This document shows, in pieces, positions 8,130-16,000 of a stretch of 16,000 nucleotides of DNA. Under the pieces are notes generated by a model that did not search any database, was not told the origin of the DNA, and saw only the letters and a list, made by a program, of their open reading frames with translations. The translations under genes were made by a program, and so were the position numbers. Each line of letters opens with the position of its first letter. Position 1 is the stretch's first letter. The DNA lies in NCBI GenBank assembly GCA_040758355.1, contig JBFLWF010000042.1, positions 1 to 16,000 of the forward strand, in the 5' to 3' direction. The stretch comes from Nitrospirota bacterium (lineage in GTDB: Bacteria; Nitrospirota; Thermodesulfovibrionia; Thermodesulfovibrionales; Dissulfurispiraceae).

Positions 8130-11100
8130 CTATTCCTCCCTGCTTCTCTTTTTCTCCAGAAGCTCCACATCGAGGCCGAGGCTCTGGAGCTCTTTTATTA
8201 ATACATGGAATGATTCGGGAACACCCGGCTCAAGCACTGGGTCTCCCTTCACAATGGCCTCGTACATGCGAGACCTTCCACTGATATCGTCGCTCTTTAC
8301 GGTCAGGAATTCCTGCAGTGTATGGGCAGCACCGTACGCCTCCAATGCCCAGACCTCCATCTCTCCGAGTCTCTGTCCTCCGAACTGTGCCTTGCCGCCA
8401 AGAGGCTGCTGGGTAACAAGCGAGTAAGGTCCGATGGAGCGTGCATGGATTTTGTCGGCAACAAGGTGATGGAGCTTCAGCATGTACATACAGCCGACCG
8501 TCACCGGACGCTTGAACGGCTCACCCGTCTTTCCGTCATAAAGGGTTATCTGTCCTGATGAGGGAAGTCCTGCTTTTTTCAAGAGATCTTTAATCTCCTT
8601 CTCCTTCGCTCCCTCAAATACCGGCGTTGACACATGCAGGCCGAGTGCTATGGCAGCCCAGCCGAGATGGGTCTCGAGTATCTGTCCGACATTCATTCTC
8701 GAAGGGACACCGAGGGGATTCAGGACTATATCAACAGGTGTTCCGTCAGGCAGATATGGCATATCCTCTTCAGGCAGTATCATGGATACAACACCCTTGT
8801 TTCCGTGGCGTCCTGCCATTTTATCTCCCATCTGTATCTTCCTTTTCATTGCAATGAACACCTTTACAACCTTGTTTACTCCGGGCAGAAGTTCATCTCC
8901 CTTCCTTACCCTTTCGACTCTTTCGTGATAGCGTGTTTCAAGATATTTGATATACTGATTAATCTCTGCGTTGACTTCCTCTATCTTGTTCCTGACATCC
9001 GCATCATCGACCCTTATCTTTAAGAGATGGTCGTCCTTAACCCTGCTTAAATGGTCCTCTGCGAGCTTCTTGCCTTTAGGGCATACAACCTCCCTGGTCT
9101 TTGAGTCCTTTACATCTTCTGCCACCTTCTGCCCTGTCAGTAGTTTCCTTATCCTTCCAGCCTTCTCTTCCTTCAGGATTTTGATTTCTTCTTCTAAATC
9201 CCTCTGGAGTTCGTTTATATTGTCTTCTTCGATGCTCTTTGTCCTTTCGTCCTTTTCCATTCCCTTTCTCGAAAGGATCCTTACATCCACAACAGTGCCT
9301 TCGATGCCAGGAGGTACATAGAGGCAGCTCTCTTTTACCTCTTCTGCCTTTTCGCCGAATATTGCACGGAGGAGCTTTTCCTCGGGCGTCAGCATAGTCT
9401 CGCCCTTAGGCGTAACCTTGCCGACGAGGATATCCCCTGCCTTCACCTCGGCGCCGATTCTTATTATGCCGCTTTCGTCGAGGTCTTTCAGCGCCTCCTC
9501 GCCCACATTGGGAATGTCCCTCGTAATCTCTTCGGGGCCGAGCTTCGTATCCCGTGATTCGACATCGAACTCCTCAACATGAATAGATGTATACACATCG
9601 TCCTTCACAAGCCTTTCGCTTAAAAGGATTGCGTCCTCAAAGTTATATCCTCCCCATGGCATAAAGGCAACAACGACATTTTTCCCGAGTGCCAGCTCCC
9701 CCATATCTGTAGAAGGACCGTCGGCCAGAATATCGCCGCGCTTGACCTTATCTCCCGCATTGACTATGGGCTTCTGGTTCATGCATGTGCCCTGATTGGA
9801 GCGCTGGAATTTAACGAGGCTATATATGTCCACTCCTCCTCCGGCTTCTGTAACCCTCACCACAATCCTTGATGCATCAACGCTCTCAACAATGCCTGAT
9901 CTCCTGGCGATGCTGAGCCATCCGGAATCCCTTGCAGCAACATGCTCCATGCCGGTTCCCACGACAGGCGCATCGGGCTTCAAGAGCGGAACAGCCTGTC
10001 TCTGCATGTTCGACCCCATCAATGCCCTGTTTGCATCGTCATTTTCGAGGAACGGGATCAGGGATGCAGATACGCCCACTATCTGCTTCGGCGATACATC
10101 CATGTACTGGACCTCTTCAGGAGACACCATTTTAAAATCTCCGCCAACCCTTGCTGAAACAGCCTCTCCCATGAGATTCCCACGCTTATCTATAGGAGTG
10201 GTGGCCTCTGCGATGACGTATTTCTCGCCTTCTATGGCAGACAAATACTCTATCTCGCCTGTAACACGGCCGTTGACGACCTTTCTGTAGGGGGCCTCTA
10301 TAAAACCGAAATCATTAATCTTTGCATAGGATGCAAGAGATGTAATGAGTCCGATATTCGGGCCCTCTGGGGTCTCGATGGGACATATCCTTCCGTAATG
10401 GGTTGGATGAACGTCCCTGACCTCAAATCCGGCCCTCTCCCTTGTAAGTCCGCCGGGACCGAGGGCTGACAACCTCCTCTTATGGGTTATCTCTGACAAC
10501 GGATTTGTCTGGTCCATAAACTGGCTCAACTGGCTCGAGCCAAAAAATTCCTTAACAGCAGCCATCACAGGCTTTGCATTTATCAAATCATGGGGCATTG
10601 CCGTATCGAGTTCTGTAAGGGTCATCTTCTCTTTTATGGCCCTTTCCATGCGCACAAGCCCTATCCTGAACTGGTTCTCGAGGAGCTCGCCTATGCCCCT
10701 TATCCTTCTGTTGCCGAGATGGTCGATGTCATCCATCTCTCCTTTGCCTGTCCTGAGATTTAAAAGGTAACGCACAATCTCCACAATGTCCCTGTCTGTT
10801 AAGACCCTGACATCGAGAGGTGTATCCATGCCGAGCTTCTCATTGATCTTCAACCTTCCCACAGGCGAGAGGTCGTATCTCTTCGGATCAAAGAACAGTC
10901 CTGCGAAGAGTTCACGCGATGCAGCAGCAGTCGCAGGCTCGCCTGGCCTGAGCTTCTTGTAAATCTCTTTTAATGCATCCTCCTGTGTTGCGACCTTGTC
11001 GGTAAGAAGGGTCTCCCTGAACGATGGGAGGTAGCTCACATTATCGATAAAGAGCAGGTGCAGGGTATCTACCTTAAGAGAGAGTATCTTGTGGAATACC

Positions 11101-12068
11101 TCTTCCGTGATTTCCTTATTCCCGTCAAGGATTATCTCTCCGGTCGTCGGGTCAACAATATCTTTAAGCGTGACCCTGCCGATAATGTCGGTCCTTGTTA
11201 TGGGTATTTCCCTTATTCCGGCAGCCTCCATCTTCTTCAATGCCATCTTCGTTATTTTGCTGCCCTCTTTTACAATAATCTCTTTGTTATCGGGAGAGAC
11301 TATATTATGCCTTGTCCTGATGCCTGCAAGGACATCGCTCACCACCCTGGTATAATGCTCCTTATCCTTTATCTTTATCTCCTCAACAGGATAAAAGGTC
11401 TTGAGGAGGTCTTCGTTGGAATAACCGAGGGCCTTGAGCACTATGGTTGCAGGCAGTTTCCTGCGTCTGTCGATCCTCACATAGAGGATATCCTTTGCGT
11501 CGAATTCAAAATCGAGCCATGAGCCCCTAACCGGAATCACCCGCGCTGTATATAAAAGCCTTCCGCTCGCATGGGTCTTGCCTTTATCAGGAGCAAAATA
11601 GACTCCGGGCGACCGATGCAGCTGACTGACTATTACTCTCTCAGTTCCGTTTATGATAAAGCTTCCCGTCTCTGTCATGATAGGCATATCGCCTATGTAG
11701 ACTTCCTGCTCCCTCGACTCCTTCAGTATCTTCTTTCCTTTTTCGTCCTTTTCGTAGACATTGAGCCTTACCTTTATTTTGAGCGGTGCAGCATAATTCA
11801 ATCCTTTAAGGAGACACTCCCTCGGCGTCATCTTCGGCTCACCAAGGCCGTATGAAATGAATTCTATGGAAGCGGTGTCATTATAATCCGTTATAGGGAA
11901 AACGCTGTTGAAAGCAGCCTGTAATCCTTCTTCTATCCTCTTACCTGCTGCGATATCCTTCTGTAAAAACCTGTCAAAGGATTTTTTCTGAAATTCTACG
12001 AGATATGGCACCTCCAATACCGGCGGCACCTTGCCAAAATTTAACCTTTCCCTTAAAAGCTTTGCCAT
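8130..12068 (-). CDS. rpoB: DNA-directed RNA polymerase beta subunit
   Basis: [53 protein letters not shown]; 1312 aa. Confidence 0.99.
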   Translation of the reverse strand: MAKLLRERLNFGKVPPVLEVPYLVEFQKKSFDRFLQKDIAAGKRIEEGLQAAFNSVFPITDYNDTASIEFISYGLGEPKMTPRECLLKGLNYAAPLKIKVRLNVYEKDEKGKKILKESREQEVYIGDMPIMTETGSFIINGTERVIVSQLHRSPGVYFAPDKGKTHASGRLLYTARVIPVRGSWLDFEFDAKDILYVRIDRRRKLPATIVLKALGYSNEDLLKTFYPVEEIKIKDKEHYTRVVSDVLAGIRTRHNIVSPDNKEIIVKEGSKITKMALKKMEAAGIREIPITRTDIIGRVTLKDIVDPTTGEIILDGNKEITEEVFHKILSLKVDTLHLLFIDNVSYLPSFRETLLTDKVATQEDALKEIYKKLRPGEPATAAASRELFAGLFFDPKRYDLSPVGRLKINEKLGMDTPLDVRVLTDRDIVEIVRYLLNLRTGKGEMDDIDHLGNRRIRGIGELLENQFRIGLVRMERAIKEKMTLTELDTAMPHDLINAKPVMAAVKEFFGSSQLSQFMDQTNPLSEITHKRRLSALGPGGLTRERAGFEVRDVHPTHYGRICPIETPEGPNIGLITSLASYAKINDFGFIEAPYRKVVNGRVTGEIEYLSAIEGEKYVIAEATTPIDKRGNLMGEAVSARVGGDFKMVSPEEVQYMDVSPKQIVGVSASLIPFLENDDANRALMGSNMQRQAVPLLKPDAPVVGTGMEHVAARDSGWLSIARRSGIVESVDASRIVVRVTEAGGGVDIYSLVKFQRSNQGTCMNQKPIVNAGDKVKRGDILADGPSTDMGELALGKNVVVAFMPWGGYNFEDAILLSERLVKDDVYTSIHVEEFDVESRDTKLGPEEITRDIPNVGEEALKDLDESGIIRIGAEVKAGDILVGKVTPKGETMLTPEEKLLRAIFGEKAEEVKESCLYVPPGIEGTVVDVRILSRKGMEKDERTKSIEEDNINELQRDLEEEIKILKEEKAGRIRKLLTGQKVAEDVKDSKTREVVCPKGKKLAEDHLSRVKDDHLLKIRVDDADVRNKIEEVNAEINQYIKYLETRYHERVERVRKGDELLPGVNKVVKVFIAMKRKIQMGDKMAGRHGNKGVVSMILPEEDMPYLPDGTPVDIVLNPLGVPSRMNVGQILETHLGWAAIALGLHVSTPVFEGAKEKEIKDLLKKAGLPSSGQITLYDGKTGEPFKRPVTVGCMYMLKLHHLVADKIHARSIGPYSLVTQQPLGGKAQFGGQRLGEMEVWALEAYGAAHTLQEFLTVKSDDISGRSRMYEAIVKGDPVLEPGVPESFHVLIKELQSLGLDVELLEKKRSREE

Positions 12069-12086
12069 GGCTCTCCTTTTTCATAT

Positions 12087-12178
12087 GATTACCCAGATTT
12101 TTAAAAAGCAGATTACACAGATTACTATTTTCTTAGATATGCAATCTGTGTAATCTTATCATTTCATCTGTGTAATCT
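12087..12178. repeat. Nested inverted repeats of a GATTACACAGAT(T) unit between rplL and rpoB
   Basis: gattacccagatt 12087-12099 and agattacacagatt 12110-12123; inverted aatctgtgtaatct 12143-12156 and atctgtgtaatct 12166-12178. Confidence 0.9.
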
Positions 12179-12564
12179 TACTTTATTTCTACTGCTGCGC
12201 CTTCTGCCTCGAGTTTTGCCTTTATTGCATCTGCCTCTTCTTTTGTAACACCTGTCTTAAGAGGCTTTGGTGCTCCGTCAACGAGGTCCTTTGCCTCTTT
12301 GAGTCCGAGCCCTGTAAGCTCCCTGACCACCTTGATAACCTGGATCTTCTTGTCTCCTGCAGATGAGAGGACTACATCAAAGCTTGTCTTCTCCTCTGCT
12401 GCAGCGGCTGGAGCGCCTGCGGCTGCAACAGGTGCTGCTGCCACGGCCACTGGTGCTGCTGCAGTGACACCATACCTTTCTTCGAATTCCTTGATGAACT
12501 GTGACATCTCGAGGATTGTCATGTTGTCGATAAAACCAAAAACATCTTCCTTTGTAACTGCCAT
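12178..12564 (-). CDS. rplL: 50S ribosomal protein L7/L12
   Basis: Ala-rich hinge, [23 protein letters not shown]. Confidence 0.99.
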   Translation of the reverse strand: MAVTKEDVFGFIDNMTILEMSQFIKEFEERYGVTAAAPVAVAAAPVAAAGAPAAAAEEKTSFDVVLSSAGDKKIQVIKVVRELTGLGLKEAKDLVDGAPKPLKTGVTKEEADAIKAKLEAEGAAVEIK

Positions 12565-12595
12565 TTTTTATTTTCCTCCTTAATTTTTTTAGTAT

Positions 12596-12667
12596 TCAGC
12601 TATCAGCCTTCAGCTTTCAGCGAAAAATTATCAGTCGCTGATTACTGACTGCTGGTTGCTGATTGCT
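12596..12667. repeat. Inverted heptamer arrays (TCAGCNN)x4 / (GCTGANT-like)x4 across the rplJ stop codon
   Basis: tcagcta tcagcct tcagctt tcagcga (12596-12623) versus gctgatt actgact gctggtt gctgatt gct (12637-12667). Confidence 0.85.
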
Positions 12668-13178
12668 TTCTTGTCTTTAATGCTTCCAGTGCATAAGCAA
12701 ACTGTGTAAGCGTAGCATTCAATGCACAGGCAAGTTTTGACGCTGGTGCTTGCATTGCACCTGCCAGCATGCCAAGAAGCACGGGCTTCGGCGGAAGTTT
12801 TGACATTGCCTTAATATCGGCAACCGAGCAAAGCCGTCCTTCGATGACACCGCTCTTCACCTTGAACTTTTCGTTTTTGGCTGCATACTCAAGCACCTTT
12901 TTGGCTGCAGCAATGGCATCTTCAAAACCAAAGGCTATGCCTGTGGGTCCAATGAACAAATCTGCTGCCGGTTCCGCAGGGGTGCCCTTTGCAGCGATAC
13001 TGCTCAGGGTGTTCTTAACGACCTTATACTCTGCACCGGCTTCCTTCAGGACATTTCTCAGTTCAGCAACCTCTGATACAGTAAGCCCCTTATACTCGGT
13101 GAGAACAACCGCCTTTGATTTCGAAAACTTTTCCGACAGTTCTGCTATCTGTTGGGATTTTCTTTCCTTGGTAATCAG
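12642..13178 (-). CDS. rplJ: 50S ribosomal protein L10, probable CTG start
   Basis: Frame extends upstream of the track's TTG (12959) through TEYKGLTVSEVAELR...KVVKNTL to AAAGGAGG-7nt-CTG at 13178; in-frame TAA 11 codons further upstream; 178 aa. Confidence 0.95.
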   Translation of the reverse strand: MITKERKSQQIAELSEKFSKSKAVVLTEYKGLTVSEVAELRNVLKEAGAEYKVVKNTLSSIAAKGTPAEPAADLFIGPTGIAFGFEDAIAAAKKVLEYAAKNEKFKVKSGVIEGRLCSVADIKAMSKLPPKPVLLGMLAGAMQAPASKLACALNATLTQFAYALEALKTRKQSATSSQ

Positions 13179-13194
13179 ATTCCTTCCTCCTTTC

Positions 13195-13346
13195 CCAGAG
13201 ACCCGAGTTTATTGGGAGATTAAAAATTTGAAATCTTCAATTTTTCAATCTTTAGCTGTCTCGGTAGGCTGGCTCAACAAATTATTCAGGCCAATTAAAC
13301 AACAGGGAATAAGTAATTACCCCCTGTTATGCCTACTGTCTCTGAC
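13195..13346 (-). ncRNA. L10 leader (L10(L12)4 autoregulatory cis-element)
   Basis: Minus strand CAGAGACAGTAGGC...TTAA...GCCTACCGAG...CTCGGGTCTCTG in the rplA-rplJ gap matches the AGACxGTAGG/TTAA/CCTACxGAG core of the L10 leader. Confidence 0.85.
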
Positions 13347-13368
13347 ATTTTTATTCAGGCAATGCCTG

Positions 13369-14058
13369 CTATGCAACTTTTAATTTTGAAATATCTATCT
13401 TTATACCATGCCCCATCGTAGAGGATAAGGTAATTTTCTTTATATATTTTCCCTTGGATGTTGCCGGCTTTGCCTTCGTCACAGATTTTAAAATAGCCAT
13501 AGTGTTTTCGAGGAGCTTCTCTTTATCGAACGAGGCCTTTCCAACAGGCACATGCACAATGCCTGCCTTTTCCACTTTATATTCGACCTTTCCTGCCTTT
13601 ATCTCCTTAACTGCCTTTGCAATGTCAAATGTAACCGTTCCCAGTTTTGGGTTAGGCATAAGGCCTCTCGGACCGAGGATCTTGCCGAGCTTTCCAACCA
13701 ATCCCATTAAGTCAGGAGTAGCCACTGTCTTGTCGAACTCGAGCCAGCCCTGCTGTATCTTTTCCACAAGGTCTTCTGCTCCTACATAATCGGCGCCTGC
13801 TTCTTTCGCCTCTTTTTCTTTCTCTCCCTTTGCAAAAACCAATACCCTTACCGATTTGCCAGTGCCATAGGGAAGGACTACCGTACCTCTCACCATCTGG
13901 TCGGACTTCTTTGCATCAACGCCGAGGTTTATTGCCATATCTACTGTTTCATCAAACTTGGCAACCGTACCCTCTTTCACAAGGGAAATCGCCTCTTCTA
14001 CGGAATACTCTTTGGTTAAATCGATCTTTGATAATGCATTGTCCAATTTCTTGCCCAT
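13369..14058 (-). CDS. rplA: 50S ribosomal protein L1
   Basis: [23 protein letters not shown]. Confidence 0.99.
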   Translation of the reverse strand: MGKKLDNALSKIDLTKEYSVEEAISLVKEGTVAKFDETVDMAINLGVDAKKSDQMVRGTVVLPYGTGKSVRVLVFAKGEKEKEAKEAGADYVGAEDLVEKIQQGWLEFDKTVATPDLMGLVGKLGKILGPRGLMPNPKLGTVTFDIAKAVKEIKAGKVEYKVEKAGIVHVPVGKASFDKEKLLENTMAILKSVTKAKPATSKGKYIKKITLSSTMGHGIKIDISKLKVA

Positions 14059-14069
14059 TCTTTCCCTCC

Positions 14070-14498
14070 TTAATCCCTTACTTCCACGCCCATACTTCTT
14101 GCGGTTCCCTTGATTATATTGACTGCAGACTCAAGGGATGTGGTATTCAAGTCAGGGAGTTTTGTCTTCGCTATCTCTTCAACCTGAGCAGCAGTTATTG
14201 TTCCAACCTTATCCTTATTGGGAACGCCTGACCCCTTCACAACACCGGCAGCCTTTTTGATTAACTCAGATGCAGGCGGTGTTTTAAGTATGAATGTAAA
14301 AGACCTGTCATTATAAATGCTCAAAACAGCAGGCAATAGCGTATCGCCCATATTCTGCGTCTGCGCATTAAACTGTTTGCAGAATTCCATTATATTGATG
14401 CCATGAGGACCGAGGGCAGGTCCGACAGGTGGTGCCGGATTTGCCTTGCCTGCAGGTATCACGAGTTTAACCTGTGCTACAACCTCTTTCTTAGCCAT
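14070..14498 (-). CDS. rplK: 50S ribosomal protein L11
   Basis: [29 protein letters not shown]. Confidence 0.99.
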   Translation of the reverse strand: MAKKEVVAQVKLVIPAGKANPAPPVGPALGPHGINIMEFCKQFNAQTQNMGDTLLPAVLSIYNDRSFTFILKTPPASELIKKAAGVVKGSGVPNKDKVGTITAAQVEEIAKTKLPDLNTTSLESAVNIIKGTARSMGVEVRD

Positions 14499-14512
14499 CT
14501 ATCTCCTCCAAA

Positions 14513-14541
14513 ATAGGTCGTATAGGTCTATATGACCTATA
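14513..14541. repeat. ATAGGTC direct repeat (period 9) plus inverted GACCTAT between nusG and rplK
   Basis: ataggtc 14513-14519, ataggtc 14522-14528, gacctat 14534-14540; tataggtc/gacctata 8-bp hairpin. Confidence 0.7.
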
Positions 14542-14547
14542 TTATTT

Positions 14548-15072
14548 CTACGCTTTTTCTGCCTGTGAGAATGCAAGTTCCACAGGCGTCTGCCTGCCGA
14601 ATATGCTGACCATGACGCGCAGTCTGCCGTGGTCCATATCGACCTCATCCACATATCCGACAAAATTTGTGAACGGGCCGTCTGTTATCCTGACGCTTTC
14701 GCCTTTTTCAAACCGGCTCTTTACAACAGGTGCAGGCCCTCTTTCGAGCTGCTGCAGTATTACGTCAACCTCTTCCTGAGGAAGGGGGACAGGCTTGGCT
14801 CCGCCAACGAAGCCTGTGACCCTGAGGGTGTTTTTGATGAGGTGCCATGTCTCATCATCGATCTCCATCTCAACGAGAATATAACCGGGATAGAACTTTC
14901 TGTCTGTCTCCTTCTTCTTCTTGCCCTTAAGTTCTATAACCTTCTCTGTAGGGATGAGTATCCTCGTAATTTTATCCTCGAGGCCTTTGAGCTTAATCCT
15001 TTCCTCTATGGATGCCTTTACCTTCTCTTCAAAACCCGAATATGTATGAACAACGTACCAGTTTTTAGCCAT
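14548..15072 (-). CDS. nusG: Transcription termination/antitermination factor NusG
   Basis: WYVVHTYSGFE, FYPGYILVEM, KOW motif GESVRITDGPF, SIFGRQTPVEL. Confidence 0.99.
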   Translation of the reverse strand: MAKNWYVVHTYSGFEEKVKASIEERIKLKGLEDKITRILIPTEKVIELKGKKKKETDRKFYPGYILVEMEIDDETWHLIKNTLRVTGFVGGAKPVPLPQEEVDVILQQLERGPAPVVKSRFEKGESVRITDGPFTNFVGYVDEVDMDHGRLRVMVSIFGRQTPVELAFSQAEKA

Positions 15073-15076
15073 ATCC

Positions 15077-15262
15077 TTACCTTACAAGTAGTTTAATTAT
15101 TTTAGCGAGGCCTAAATCCACAATACCAAGAAACACCGAAATGACCACCACCGTCGTAATCACAACCCATGTGGAACCAACAAGTTCATCCTTTGATGGG
15201 TAATTCACCTTTTTCGCCTCTACCTTCACCTCATGAAAAAAGTTTTTTATCCTTTCAAACAT
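15077..15262 (-). CDS. secE: Preprotein translocase subunit SecE
   Basis: EVKVEAKKVNYPS motif plus one TM helix; located between tRNA-Trp and nusG. Confidence 0.96.
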   Translation of the reverse strand: MFERIKNFFHEVKVEAKKVNYPSKDELVGSTWVVITTVVVISVFLGIVDLGLAKIIKLLVR

Positions 15263-15278
15263 TTAAGCTCCTTATTTA

Positions 15279-15307
15279 TAGCTTTTAGCTGACAGCCATC
15301 AGCTAAA
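15279..15307. repeat. Period-7 YAGC repeat forming a TTTAGCTGA/TCAGCTAAA hairpin just 3' of tRNA-Trp
   Basis: tagcttt tagctga cagccat cagctaa; 9-bp stem 15284-15292/15299-15307. Confidence 0.7.
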
Positions 15308-15310
15308 TAT

Positions 15311-15387
15311 TGGCAGGCCAGGAGGGATTTGAACCCCCAACCCTCGGATTTGGAGTCCGACGCTCTAGCCGTTAGAGCTACTGGCCT
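15311..15387 (-). tRNA. tRNA-Trp (CCA)
   Basis: AGGCCAG/CTGGCCT acceptor stem with encoded CCA, anticodon arm TCGGA-CTCCAAA-TCCGA, T-loop GTTCAAATC. Confidence 0.98.
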
Positions 15388-15398
15388 ATCCCAACCTT

Positions 15399-15551
15399 CT
15401 AAGCCTTTGTCTCCTTGTGCATAGTATGTTTCCTGCAGTTCCTGCAGTACTTCTTGAGCTGAAGCTTGTCTGTAGTATTTTTCTTGTTCTTCATGCTCGA
15501 ATAGTTTTTGTCTTTGCACTCAGTGCACTGAAAAAGTATTATATCTCTCAT
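15399..15551 (-). CDS. rpmG: 50S ribosomal protein L33 (Zn-binding C+ form), 50 aa
   Basis: Manual translation [50 protein letters not shown]; below the ORF-track length cutoff. Confidence 0.97.
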   Translation of the reverse strand: MRDIILFQCTECKDKNYSSMKNKKNTTDKLQLKKYCRNCRKHTMHKETKA

Positions 15552-15554
15552 AGC

Positions 15555-16000
15555 TTACTCCAGCACCTCAGTAACAACCCCAGCACCTACTGTCCTTCCG
15601 CCTTCCCTTATTGCGAACCTCAATTCCTTCTCCATGGCTATAGGTGCTATCAGTTCCACTGTTACGGTTATATTGTCTCCGGGCATTACCATCTCAACTC
15701 CCTCAGGAAGGTGCGCTACTCCTGTTACGTCTGTCGTCCTGAAGTAAAACTGCGGTCTGTATCCGTTGAAGAATGGTGTGTGCCTTCCTCCTTCTTCTTT
15801 TGTCAATACGTATGCCTCTGCCTTGAACTTTGTGTGCGGGGTTATGCTCCCGGGTTTTGCAAGTACCATCCCACGCTCCACTTCTTCTTTCCCTATTCCC
15901 CTCAGTAGTACTCCTATGTTGTCTCCTGCTCGGCCTTCGTCAAGGAGTTTCCTGAACATCTCTACTCCGGTTGCTACTGTCTTCCTAGTCTCTCTCAGTC
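15555..16000 (-). CDS. tuf: Elongation factor Tu, C-terminal part (5' end outside window)
   Basis: [47 protein letters not shown]; frame is open to the window edge. Confidence 0.99.
   Translation of the reverse strand, partial: LRETRKTVATGVEMFRKLLDEGRAGDNIGVLLRGIGKEEVERGMVLAKPGSITPHTKFKAEAYVLTKEEGGRHTPFFNGYRPQFYFRTTDVTGVAHLPEGVEMVMPGDNITVTVELIAPIAMEKELRFAIREGGRTVGAGVVTEVLE

Noticed and set aside
8129..8170. 14-aa N-terminal extension of RpoC overlapping rpoB
   Set aside because: TTG at 8128 has a well-spaced GGAGG SD and gives a normal N-terminus.
10470..10550. Rifampicin-resistance substitutions in rpoB cluster I
   Set aside because: Sequence carries the sensitive-type Q, D, H, R and S residues.
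12087..12178. Mini CRISPR array
   Set aside because: Units are only 12-14 bp, are inverted relative to each other, have 9-19 nt spacers, and no cas genes are present.
12960..13178. rplJ as a truncated gene or pseudogene
   Set aside because: Frame is intact and conserved; the truncation comes from the ORF finder ignoring CTG starts.
15247..15519. 90-aa minus-strand ORF
   Set aside because: Out-of-frame overlap with rpmG and runs through tRNA-Trp.
5..15908. Plus-strand ORFs in the track (e.g. 234..596, 4518..5096, 9796..10290, 12769..13383, 14629..15096, 15417..15908)
   Set aside because: Antisense shadows of well-supported minus-strand genes or regulatory DNA, with no recognisable motifs.

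Overview
Bacterial chromosomal window with every supported gene on the minus strand. The right ~12 kb is the conserved tuf(partial)-rpmG-tRNA-Trp-secE-nusG-rplK-rplA-(L10 leader)-rplJ-rplL-rpoB-rpoC cluster, ending in a strong terminator at ~3965-3998. Downstream of rpoC (to the left) is an accessory block: a Mut7-C/DUF82 PIN-like protein, a 2-TM RCK-gated (TrkA-N/C) K+-channel-like protein with a non-canonical filter, an 11-heme and a 9-heme NapC/NirT-like membrane-anchored cytochrome c, and two paralogous Gly-rich membrane proteins. The second paralog is cut by the window edge, absent from the ORF track, and preceded by a sigma54 promoter with two palindromic activator sites. Gene content suggests an anaerobic Nitrospirota (Thermodesulfovibrionia) or deltaproteobacterium-like organism; this is inference. 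The least expected features are several different short-period tandem/inverted repeat cassettes at gene junctions (two contribute protein sequence), a probable CTG start for rplJ, a probable leaderless promoter overlapping the rpoC terminator, and a divergent beta' rudder. All calls come from reading the sequence by eye; no database searches were run.
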